The notes below the pieces were generated by a model, which was not told the origin of the DNA, searched no databases, and saw nothing but the letters and a program-made list of their open reading frames with translations. From contig CAVRAY010000001.1 in NCBI GenBank assembly GCA_963719225.1, positions 3,264,001-3,328,000 of the forward strand: a stretch of DNA of 64,000 bases, written 5' to 3'. This document shows positions 37,255 to 45,750 of this stretch, piece by piece. The translations under genes were made by a program, and so were the position numbers. How positions within the stretch are numbered: position 1 is the stretch's first letter; every line of letters starts with the position of its first letter. The DNA is from Thermoanaerobaculia bacterium. Lineage in GTDB: Bacteria > Acidobacteriota > Thermoanaerobaculia > UBA5066.

Positions 37255-38880
37255 GTGACCGAGACTTCATCTCAGGCATCTCTCGCGTTCGACGTCGTCG
37301 TCGTCGGGGGCGCGATCGCGGGCGCCTCGACGGCCGTCCTCCTCCGCCGCCGCATGCCGGGTGTGAAGATCCTCGTCGTCGAGAAGAGCGCGGCTTTCGA
37401 CTGGAAGGTCGGTGAGTCGACCGTCGAGATCTCAGCCTATTTCCTCACGCGCGAGCTGAAGATTTACGACCACCTCTCGCGCGAGCAGCTCCCAAAGCAG
37501 GCCTTCCGGTACTGGTTTCACAACGAGAAGGTCTCGTGCCTGAGGGAAGCCTCGGAGACCGGCCCCACGCAGCTCGCCCGCACGCCGTCGTTCCAGCTCG
37601 ACCGGCAGAAGCTCGACGAGCACGTGATCTCTCTCGCAGCGCAGGAAGGCGCCGAGGTCTGGCGCCCCGCGAAGGTCGTGGACGTTGCGCTGAACGGCGA
37701 GGCCGGCAACACGCTCGTCGTCGAGAAGGCCGACGGCACGCGTGCGACCGTTTCCTGCAAGTGGGTCGTGGACGCGACCGGCAGGCAGGCGATGCTGGCA
37801 CGCAAGCGCGGCGGCCTGACGCCGATCGAAACACATCCGACGGCCGCGATCTGGGTCCGCTACCGCGGCGTGACGGACATGGACGGCGTCGAGATCGCGG
37901 GAAAAGACTCGTCCGATCCCTTTCATCGAGCCGTCCTCACGGCCCGACGCCTCGCGACGAATCACTTCACGGGCTGGGGCTACTGGATCTGGTTCATCCC
38001 GCTCCAAGGCGGGGAGACGAGCGTCGGCCTCGTCTGGGACACGCGTCTCGTTCAGCCGGAGGGCGCGACGCCGCTCGAGAAGCTAACGCGCTTCCTCGAC
38101 GCGAACCCGCTGACGAAGGAGCTGCTCACGAGGGCCGAGCCGATCGCGGACGACTGCCGCATGTACGGCCACCTCCCCTACGTCGTCGACGAGTTCGTCG
38201 GTCCGGGCTGGACGTGCGTGGGCGACGCCGGCGGCTTCCTCGATCCCTTCTATTCGCCCGGCCTCGACCAGATGGCGTTCTCGGTGTACTCGCGCGTCGG
38301 GCTCATCCAGAAGGCGCTCTCGGGCGAGTCCGCGGACGAGATGGCGAAGGAGTACGAGCTTCACAACAAACGGTACGCCCGTTACTTCACGTACTTCTAC
38401 GAGGCCATCTTCCGCGACAAGTATTACGTCATGGGCGACTACGACACCATGACGACCGCGTTCCTGATGGACACCGCGCTCTACTACCTCGCGGCCGTCA
38501 TCCCGGTCTACAAGTGGTCGTCCGAGCGCCTCGGCCTGCCGCCGTACTACCAGGACGGCTCCGAGATCGCGTTCTACCCGATGCGCTTCTACAACAGGCG
38601 TCTCGTCGCGATCGCGAAGAGGAAGAAGGCTCTCGGGATCTACGGGAATCACAATGCCCGGAGACGTCCCGGGTTCGTCGGCTTCTCCGTCCGCGGCGCG
38701 AGCTGGGTGATGCTCGCGCACGGCCTCCTGCGCTGGGCGAAGGCGGAGATCGCGAACGCGTGGTCGTATCTCGTCAAGCCGGTGCCGGTCGGCGGGCCGG
38801 CCCCGAACCTGCCGCCGAAAGGCCGCGCTCCGGCCTCCGTGCCTCAGATGGTGAAACCCGCCTCGGCGGACAGCGCCTGA
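37255..38880 (+). CDS. Flavin-dependent halogenase-family protein
   Basis: VVVGGAIAG (FAD binding), KVGES, WIWFIP (WxWxIP) and GDAGGFLDPFYSPG. Confidence 0.8.
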   Translation: MTETSSQASLAFDVVVVGGAIAGASTAVLLRRRMPGVKILVVEKSAAFDWKVGESTVEISAYFLTRELKIYDHLSREQLPKQAFRYWFHNEKVSCLREASETGPTQLARTPSFQLDRQKLDEHVISLAAQEGAEVWRPAKVVDVALNGEAGNTLVVEKADGTRATVSCKWVVDATGRQAMLARKRGGLTPIETHPTAAIWVRYRGVTDMDGVEIAGKDSSDPFHRAVLTARRLATNHFTGWGYWIWFIPLQGGETSVGLVWDTRLVQPEGATPLEKLTRFLDANPLTKELLTRAEPIADDCRMYGHLPYVVDEFVGPGWTCVGDAGGFLDPFYSPGLDQMAFSVYSRVGLIQKALSGESADEMAKEYELHNKRYARYFTYFYEAIFRDKYYVMGDYDTMTTAFLMDTALYYLAAVIPVYKWSSERLGLPPYYQDGSEIAFYPMRFYNRRLVAIAKRKKALGIYGNHNARRRPGFVGFSVRGASWVMLAHGLLRWAKAEIANAWSYLVKPVPVGGPAPNLPPKGRAPASVPQMVKPASADSA

Positions 38881-38885
38881 CCCTG

Positions 38886-39632
38886 GTGAAGCGTCTTCTG
38901 CCCTTTTCCGCGACGGCGGCGCTGCTGGCCGTCTGGTTCCTCGCGGCCCGCCGGCAGACCTCGGGCCTCTTCCCGGATCCTCTCCAGGTCGTCGCCGGAC
39001 TCGGCGAGCTGCTCTCGAAAGGTCTCCTCGCGAAATACGTCGTCGCGTCGCTCTTCCGCGTGACCTGGGGCTACTCGCTCGCCGTCGTCACGGCGATCCC
39101 GCTCGGGCTCCTCCTCGGCTGGTACCGCCGGGGAGAGTGGGCGCTGAATCCCATCCTCCAGCTCATCCGCCCGATCTCCCCGCTCGCCTGGATCCCGATC
39201 TCGATCCTCTGGTTCGGCGTCGGGGACATGGCCGCGATCTTCCTCATCTACCTCGCGTCGTCCCTGCCCCTCGTCGTCGCGGCAATGAACGCCGTCCGCA
39301 ACGTGCCCGCGACTCTTCTGAACGCCGGGCGCAATTTCGGCCTGTCGGATCGGCGGCTCCTCCGCGACGTCATCCTGCCGGCCGCGCTCCCGCAGCTCAT
39401 CGTCGCGCTGAGGATCTCCCTCGGCGTCGCGTGGCTCGTCGTCGTCGCCGCCGAGATGATCGCCGTCAACTCGGGACTCGGATTCCTCATCGTGGACGCT
39501 CGAAACGCCGGGAACCGGTACGACCTCGTCGTCGCCGGAATGGTCATGATCGGCCTCATCGGCCTGGTCCTCGACACGGCGATGCGCCGCCTCGAGAGGA
39601 TGAAGGCGCTCCGCTGGGGGTACGGGGCGTGA
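38886..39632 (+). CDS. ABC transporter permease (NitT/TauT/SsuC type)
   Basis: RPISPLAWIP and VVAAEMI; GTG start; C-terminal part of track ORF 37536..39632. Confidence 0.88.
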   Translation: MKRLLPFSATAALLAVWFLAARRQTSGLFPDPLQVVAGLGELLSKGLLAKYVVASLFRVTWGYSLAVVTAIPLGLLLGWYRRGEWALNPILQLIRPISPLAWIPISILWFGVGDMAAIFLIYLASSLPLVVAAMNAVRNVPATLLNAGRNFGLSDRRLLRDVILPAALPQLIVALRISLGVAWLVVVAAEMIAVNSGLGFLIVDARNAGNRYDLVVAGMVMIGLIGLVLDTAMRRLERMKALRWGYGA

Positions 39633-40387
39633 CGCCGCCGCCGAAGGTCTCGATCCGCGACGTCTCGATGCGCTTCGGGACGGACGGCGCGCCCATCGAG
39701 GTGCTCTCGTCCATCTCCCTCGACGTTCAGGACGGCGAATTCGTCTGCATCCTCGGACCCTCGGGCTGCGGGAAGTCCACGCTCCTGAACATCGTCGGCG
39801 GCTTCCTCGAAGTGTCGGCCGGCACGGTCCTCATCGACGGGCAGAAGGTCGCCGGTCCGGATGCCCGTCGGATCTTCGTCTTCCAGGAGCGGGGCGTCTT
39901 CCCGTGGCTCACGGTGAACGGCAACGTCGGCTTCGGCCTCTTCGCCCTCGGCGAGAAGCAGCGCGCCGACCGCATCGCCCACTACGTCAAGCTCGTCGGG
40001 CTCTCGGGCTTCGAGAACGCGTACCCGCAGGAGCTGTCCGGCGGAATGAAACAGCGGCTCGAGGTCGCGCGCGCGCTCGCCGTGAACCCGGACGTCCTCT
40101 TCCTGGACGAGCCCTTCGGCGCGCTCGACTCGATCACGCGCCTCGTCATGCGCAGCGAGCTCCTGCGGATCCGACGCGCCGAGAAGAAGACGATTCTCTT
40201 CGTGACGCACGACATCGACGAGTCCGTCCAGCTCGCGGACCGCGTCGTCGTCATGTCGACGCGCCCGGCGTCGATCCGCCGGATCGTGGAGATCGACATG
40301 CCGCACCCGCGGGACCTCAGCTCCCCGCGGTACATCGAGCTCCGCGACCTCCTCCTCGGGGAGATCGGCCTTGCCCACCAGGTCTGA
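39629..40387 (+). CDS. ABC transporter ATP-binding protein (NitT/TauT type)
   Basis: GPSGCGKST, LSGGMKQR, LDEPFGALD and VTHD. Confidence 0.92.
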   Translation: MTPPPKVSIRDVSMRFGTDGAPIEVLSSISLDVQDGEFVCILGPSGCGKSTLLNIVGGFLEVSAGTVLIDGQKVAGPDARRIFVFQERGVFPWLTVNGNVGFGLFALGEKQRADRIAHYVKLVGLSGFENAYPQELSGGMKQRLEVARALAVNPDVLFLDEPFGALDSITRLVMRSELLRIRRAEKKTILFVTHDIDESVQLADRVVVMSTRPASIRRIVEIDMPHPRDLSSPRYIELRDLLLGEIGLAHQV

Positions 40388-41147
40388 CACCGAGCGCGTC
40401 CTCCTGCCCCTCGGCACGGCGGTTATCGCCGTCCTCCTCTGGTCGCTCGCCGTGACGGTCAGCCACACGACGGTCTTCCCGTCGCCGTGGAAAGTCCTCG
40501 CCGGCCTGAAGGAGCTCGCGGACCGGGGCGTCCTCTGGGGCTACGTCGCCGACTCGCTCCGGCGCGTCGCGTCCGGGTACGTCCTTGCGCTCGTCCTCGG
40601 CATTCCGGCGGGCCTCGCGCTCGGCTGGCACCCGAACCTCGCCTCGGCGTTCAACCCCGTGATCCAGATGGCCCGCCCGATCAGCCCGCTCGCATGGATG
40701 CCGCTCGCGATCCTGTGGTTCGGCGTATCGGAGGCGGCACCGGGCTTCCTGATCTTCCTCGGCGCCTTTTTTCCCATCGTCGTCGCCTCGATGAACGGAG
40801 TCCGCAGCGTGCCCGCGATGTGCCTCCAGGCCGGCCGCAACTTCGGCCTTTCGACGCCGCGGCTCCTCGCGCGCGTCGTCTTCCCGGCGGCGCTCCCGCA
40901 GATCCTCGTCGGCCTGAGGATCGCGCTCGGCATCGCGTGGATCGTCGTCGTCGCCGCTGAGATGATCGCCGTCGACTCCGGCCTCGGCTACCTCATCATC
41001 GACTCGCGAAACGCGGGCAAGCGCTACGATCTCGTCGTGGCGGGGATGCTTCTCATCGGCGTCATCGGTCTCGTCCTGGACACCCTCGCCCGCAGGCTCG
41101 AGCGGCTCCGGATGGTGCGCTGGGGCTTCCAGGCGGAGACGTCATGA
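40371..41147 (+). CDS. Second ABC transporter permease
   Basis: Paralogue of the 38886 permease (RPISPLAWMP, VVAAEMIAVDSGLG). Confidence 0.88.
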   Translation: MPTRSDTERVLLPLGTAVIAVLLWSLAVTVSHTTVFPSPWKVLAGLKELADRGVLWGYVADSLRRVASGYVLALVLGIPAGLALGWHPNLASAFNPVIQMARPISPLAWMPLAILWFGVSEAAPGFLIFLGAFFPIVVASMNGVRSVPAMCLQAGRNFGLSTPRLLARVVFPAALPQILVGLRIALGIAWIVVVAAEMIAVDSGLGYLIIDSRNAGKRYDLVVAGMLLIGVIGLVLDTLARRLERLRMVRWGFQAETS

Positions 41148-42202
41148 CCCCACCGAAGCGCATCGCCCTCGGCGTCGGAGCCTGGCTCCTCGTCGTCACG
41201 GCGCTCCACTTGGTCCTCAACGTGAACTGGGTCGTTCTCGCGAACGACCTCGTCTCGCCCGAGAAGCGCAAGCTCAACGTCGCCTACATCCCGGTCACCT
41301 GCCACCTCGCCTGCCCCGTGACGGACTACATCTCGAAGTTCTCCGAGGGCGGCGAGCTCTTCGTCCCGCGCATGTTCCAGGGCTTCCCGGAGATCAAGGA
41401 GGCCCTCATCGCGAACAAGATGCAGGCGGCGTTCATCGTCGCGCCGATGGCGATCGCGCTCAAGGCGCAGGGCGTCGGGATCCGGATCGTCTACCTCGGG
41501 CATCGCTACGGGAGCGCCGTCGTCGTGAGGAAGGACGGTCCCGTGAAGACGTTTCCCGATCTCAAGGGGCGGACGATCGCGGTGCCGAGCCGGTACTCGG
41601 ACGAGCGGCTCATCGTGTTCCGCGTCCTCAAGAAGTACGGCATGAAACCGGAGGATCTGAAGATCGTCGAGATGGCTCCGCCGGACGTCACGGGCGCGCT
41701 CGCGGCACGGGCCATCGACGCGTTTTCCATGGGCGAGCCGTTCCCCTCCCAGGCCGAGATCGGCGGATACGGCCGCGTCCTCTTTCATGCCCGCGAGCAC
41801 TGGCCGGACTACATGTCGTGCGTCCTCGTGGTCCGCGAGGAGGTCATCGCCTCCCGCCCAGCGGCCGTCCAGACGCTCGTCGACGGAATCGCGCGGTCGG
41901 GGCTCTGGCTGGAGGAGGGGAAGCCGCACCGCGACCACGCCGCGGATTTCGTGGGCCGCTTCTATTACAACCAGAATCCGAAGATCCTGCGTTGGGCACT
42001 GACGAACCCGCTCGACCGCGTCATGTACACGCCGCTCTCCCCGCGCAAGGCGGACTTCGACCTCGTGCGCGACCTCATGATCGAGACGGGAGTTCTCGAC
42101 CGGAAAATCGAGTTCGAGGAGTACGTCGACACCCGATTTGCCGAGGGCGCGAAAGAGCAGGTCGCCTGGCGCTACGAGGCCGGCGCGAACGAGGCGCGCT
42201 GA
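41144..42202 (+). CDS. ABC substrate-binding protein (NMT1/NrtA-like) with TCHLACP motif
   Basis: N-terminal TM anchor; YIPVTCHLACP, DLKGRTIAVP and GEPF. Confidence 0.8.
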   Translation: MTPPKRIALGVGAWLLVVTALHLVLNVNWVVLANDLVSPEKRKLNVAYIPVTCHLACPVTDYISKFSEGGELFVPRMFQGFPEIKEALIANKMQAAFIVAPMAIALKAQGVGIRIVYLGHRYGSAVVVRKDGPVKTFPDLKGRTIAVPSRYSDERLIVFRVLKKYGMKPEDLKIVEMAPPDVTGALAARAIDAFSMGEPFPSQAEIGGYGRVLFHAREHWPDYMSCVLVVREEVIASRPAAVQTLVDGIARSGLWLEEGKPHRDHAADFVGRFYYNQNPKILRWALTNPLDRVMYTPLSPRKADFDLVRDLMIETGVLDRKIEFEEYVDTRFAEGAKEQVAWRYEAGANEAR

Positions 42203-42209
42203 GGGCTGT

Positions 42210-43112
42210 CTACCTGTTTCCGGAGAGGTCCGCGTAGACGATCGATACCCACACGTCGGGCTTCATGAAGCCCTTGCCCCATTTCTCGTCGAGCGCGGCC
42301 GTGGGCTTCGCGGCTTTCACCTCGTCGAGCGATTTGCCCGCCTTCACGAGGGGCGCGACCGCGTCGCGGGAGGCCGCCAGCATGTTCCGGAACGCCTTGA
42401 GGTCGGCCTTGTTGCCGGAGGGCCCGTGCCCCGGGATGATTTTCGTGGAAGCATCGCCCATCCCGAGCCCGCGGTCGCAGGCCGCGATCATCCCGGCGAT
42501 CGAGCCGCCGGTCGAGAGGTCGACGAACGGATACATGCCGTTGAAGAACGTATCGCCCATGTGGAGCACGTTCGCCTTCCGGAAATAGACGATCGCGTCG
42601 CCGTCCGTGTGCGCGGGCGGCACGTGGAAGGCGTCCACATCGTCCCCGTTCACGTGGAACGAGACGGAATCCACGAACGTCACGAGCGGGAGCGCGGCCG
42701 CGGGCGACGGCGGCACCTTCGAGTTGAAGGCCTTGATGAGCTGCTCGGAGGACATGCGCCTGCGGACGTTGTCGTGGGCCACGATGACGACGCCGGTCTT
42801 CCCGAGGTTCTCGTTGCCGCCCACGTGGTCCCCGTGCCAGTGCGTGTTCAGGACGAAGCGCACGCGCTGCTTGCTGATGCCGGCGATCGCTGCCTTGATC
42901 TTGTCCGAAAGGGGCGCGTACTGGCTGTCGATCATGAAGACGCCGTCCGCGCCCGCCGAGACGCCGATGTTGCCGCCAGCCCCGGTCAGCATCCACACGC
43001 CTTCGGCGAGCTTCTCGGTCTTGATCTCTACCTTGCTGAAATCCTGCTGGGCGAAGGCGGGCAGGGACGCGCAAGCGAAGAGAAGGGCGACGGATACAAA
43101 TTTGCTTTTCAT
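42210..43112 (-). CDS. Secreted metallo-beta-lactamase-fold hydrolase (cyclase-like)
   Basis: THWHGDH, AHTDGD, HMGD and IPGHG; signal peptide. Confidence 0.88.
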   Translation of the reverse strand: MKSKFVSVALLFACASLPAFAQQDFSKVEIKTEKLAEGVWMLTGAGGNIGVSAGADGVFMIDSQYAPLSDKIKAAIAGISKQRVRFVLNTHWHGDHVGGNENLGKTGVVIVAHDNVRRRMSSEQLIKAFNSKVPPSPAAALPLVTFVDSVSFHVNGDDVDAFHVPPAHTDGDAIVYFRKANVLHMGDTFFNGMYPFVDLSTGGSIAGMIAACDRGLGMGDASTKIIPGHGPSGNKADLKAFRNMLAASRDAVAPLVKAGKSLDEVKAAKPTAALDEKWGKGFMKPDVWVSIVYADLSGNR

Positions 43113-43166
43113 CGGAATATTCTATTTGAACGGCCCGATACGTCCGCGGTCATTTCAGCGTCGGGT

Positions 43167-43880
43167 CTATTGCTTTCTAAGAATCTTCTCGTGCTCCCCG
43201 GCCGCCAACGCCGCCACGACGAATCTCTTCGGAGCGGCGCCGATGAAGTCGAAGGGATAGCACGTGACGAGGGTCAGTTCGCGGGTACCGATCGTTCCCG
43301 CGAGGACGCCGACCTGGGCCGGATCCACGACGCGCGCGCTCGCGACGCGATACGTCTCCGAGCCGTCGAGCGTCGTCAGACGCATGAGGTCGCCCTGGCG
43401 GACGTCCCTCAGCGCCCGGAAGAACGTGTCGCGGTGCGCCGCCAGGCCCACGTTACCGGCCTCGCCGGGGCGCGCCGTGCCGGGGATGTGCCCGACCGCG
43501 AGCTTAAGGGTTTCGTCGTCGATTCCTTCCCGCACCATCGCCTGGATCCCGAGCCGCGGGATCTCGAGCCGTCCCAGCACGATTGGCGCCGGTCGAGGAT
43601 CGGGGTCGGGGGGAAGGGTGGTCGCGGACCGGAAGCCGAGAGGAGCCTCGGCCATGGCAACGGCTGGAGGCGACGCCCGGGATTCCAAAGCCCGGTCGAA
43701 GGCTTCGCTCTCGACCTTCTGGTAGACGTACGATCGGACGATCGTCGTCGCCGCGGCGCCTACGCACAAGAGCCCGACCAGCCAGAAAAAGCGCTCGGAG
43801 AGAGCCCGCACCCTAGCGGCCCGCCCGGCGCCGCGGGAAGCCGGCGCGCGGGCGGGGCTGGTTGCGGGAAGACGCGTCAC
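43167..43880 (-). CDS. Sortase (class D-like)
   Basis: TM anchor; AAHRDTFF, LTLVTCYPF and APKRF give the His-Cys-Arg triad. Confidence 0.9.
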   Translation of the reverse strand: MTRLPATSPARAPASRGAGRAARVRALSERFFWLVGLLCVGAAATTIVRSYVYQKVESEAFDRALESRASPPAVAMAEAPLGFRSATTLPPDPDPRPAPIVLGRLEIPRLGIQAMVREGIDDETLKLAVGHIPGTARPGEAGNVGLAAHRDTFFRALRDVRQGDLMRLTTLDGSETYRVASARVVDPAQVGVLAGTIGTRELTLVTCYPFDFIGAAPKRFVVAALAAGEHEKILRKQ

Positions 43881-43882
43881 CC

Positions 43883-44572
43883 TCAGGAGCGGCCTGCGAA
43901 GCGAAGGCCCGACGCGGCGCCGAGCGCGAGGATTCCAGCGGCGAGAACGAGCGGCGTCTTGCTCCCCGTCTTCGGAAGGGTGTCGGAGGCGTCCGCCGTC
44001 ATCGTTGCGGGAGCAGGTGCCGGGGCGGCTTCGGCCATCACAGGGGCGGGCGGAGGCGGCGCGGGCGGCTCGATGGGCTTCGGCGGCTCGGCATCGGAGA
44101 CGACCGCGGCAGGCGCGGGCTGATTCGAGAGCCTAGTCGACTGCTCCGCCGTCAGCGCGGGAACCTCCGTGTTCGTCATCTGCCTCAGCGCAGCGGCCCG
44201 GTCCGGCGGATACAGGAAATCCTGCCCATAACGGTCGTTCGGCCGGTACCAGGTGCGCAAGACTTTGTTGGCATTCTCGGGAACGCTGTAGAACGTGAAC
44301 TCGGTGTGGCGCGGTTGGTCCGCCGCTTCGTGCGGAACGCAGATCGCCGTCGCATAGGTCTTCTTCCCGTCGACGCTCGTGATCGCCACGATGTTGTTCT
44401 GGGTGTCGACGAGCTTCACGACGTACGTGCCGGGATCGAGAATGGCTCCGGGCACCTCGAGGGGCGTGGTGATCGTGAGCGTCGACGTCTTCTCGGGCGG
44501 CACGTCTCCAGCCCGCACCGCGCCGACAAGCCCGATGGCAATGACGGCTAAAAGGATGCGAAAAGCTTTCAT
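43883..44572 (-). CDS. LPXTG-anchored protein (sortase substrate)
   Basis: GAGGAGG SD, signal peptide, beta domain, Pro/Ala linker, LPKTG, hydrophobic helix and basic tail. Confidence 0.85.
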   Translation of the reverse strand: MKAFRILLAVIAIGLVGAVRAGDVPPEKTSTLTITTPLEVPGAILDPGTYVVKLVDTQNNIVAITSVDGKKTYATAICVPHEAADQPRHTEFTFYSVPENANKVLRTWYRPNDRYGQDFLYPPDRAAALRQMTNTEVPALTAEQSTRLSNQPAPAAVVSDAEPPKPIEPPAPPPPAPVMAEAAPAPAPATMTADASDTLPKTGSKTPLVLAAGILALGAASGLRFAGRS

Positions 44573-44598
44573 GTTCTGAACCTCCTCCTCGGTCCGGC

Positions 44599-44615
44599 AG
44601 CAATGGTCATGCCCA
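44599..44615 (-). promoter_or_regulatory. Putative sigma54 (-24/-12) promoter
   Basis: TGGGCATGACCATTGCT has GG-N10-GC spacing and lies just upstream of the SD of the LPXTG gene. Confidence 0.55.
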
Positions 44616-44727
44616 GGACCCGGACAGCAAGGCTCTTGAAAAATGCACCGAGCGCGCAAAGATTACGCGTTCAGAATGTGTGGCTTGCTTGACACGATCG
44701 GATCGAAAAGGAACCATCCTTCGTGCC

Positions 44728-45744
44728 ATGAGCGGCGTTTACCAGCTGGCCCTCCTGGAGTCATCGCCTGGCATCGTGCTGGTCGTCGACGACGACGCGC
44801 AGGTACGCGGCTTGCTCGTGGCCCTGCTGCGGCCCCGCGGCTATCAAGTCGAGACGGCCGCTTCGGCCGAGGAGGCGCAGGAGCGCCTGAAGACCCTCCG
44901 GCCGGACGTCCTTCTCCTCGACCTCCATCTCCCCGGAAAGAGCGGGCAGGAAGTGCTTGCGCAGCTCCGCAGCGATCCGGTCACGAGGCTTCTGCCCATC
45001 GTCATGATCACGGGCGGCGCGACCGGCGAGGACCGCCTGCGCGCCATCGCGGAGGGCGTCACGGACTTCGTCGCAAAGCCATTCGCCGTGGAGGAGCTCC
45101 TCGCGAGACTGAAGGCTCTCGTGCAGCTGAAGCGCTTCACCGACGCCCTCGAGCACGCAGAGAACGTGATCGTCGCCCTCGCGCGGGCGATCGACGCCCG
45201 CGACCCGTACACGGCGCAGCACAGCGAACGCGTCTCGAAGTACGCGGGTCGCCTCGGGGCGGCGGTCGGCCTCAGGGACCTCGACCTGGAAGCGGTCAGC
45301 CGGGGCGGCCTGTTTCACGACATCGGCAAGATCGCGATCCGGGACGCCGTGCTGCTCAAGCCCGCGCGCCTCACCCCCGAGGAGTTCGCCGAGATCCGCC
45401 GGCATCCGGTCGTCGGCCGCGAGCTTCTCTCGGGCATGAAGACGCTCTCCTTCGCGCTCGACGTCGTCTACGGGCACCACGAGCGGCTCGACGGATCCGG
45501 CTACCCGGACGGCCTCCAGGGCGAATCCATCCCGCTCACCGCCCGCGTCACGACGATCGCGGACATCTACGACGCGCTGACGACGGCGCGCGTTTACCGC
45601 GCCGCTCTCACGCGCGCGGAGGCGCTCGCGATCATGGATGCGGAGGCCCGCCGCGGCTGGTGGGACCTCGGGCTCCTCGACGTGTTCCGGGGAGTCCTCG
45701 AGGGAATTCCCGAGGACGTCTCGCGCGTCCTCGCCGGACCTTGA
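44728..45744 (+). CDS. Response regulator with HD-GYP c-di-GMP phosphodiesterase domain
   Basis: REC domain (VVDDD, LLDLHLP, KPF) followed by HDIGK and HHERLDGSGYP. Confidence 0.9.
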   Translation: MSGVYQLALLESSPGIVLVVDDDAQVRGLLVALLRPRGYQVETAASAEEAQERLKTLRPDVLLLDLHLPGKSGQEVLAQLRSDPVTRLLPIVMITGGATGEDRLRAIAEGVTDFVAKPFAVEELLARLKALVQLKRFTDALEHAENVIVALARAIDARDPYTAQHSERVSKYAGRLGAAVGLRDLDLEAVSRGGLFHDIGKIAIRDAVLLKPARLTPEEFAEIRRHPVVGRELLSGMKTLSFALDVVYGHHERLDGSGYPDGLQGESIPLTARVTTIADIYDALTTARVYRAALTRAEALAIMDAEARRGWWDLGLLDVFRGVLEGIPEDVSRVLAGP

Positions 45745-45750
45745 AAGGCG

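Noticed and set aside
1147-43112. Antibiotic-resistance calls for the beta-lactamase-fold gene (1147), BlaR/BlaI (27532-30217) and the MBL-fold gene (42210)
   Set aside because: The first lacks SxxK, the sensor lacks a penicillin-binding domain, and the MBL protein resembles general cyclase-like hydrolases.
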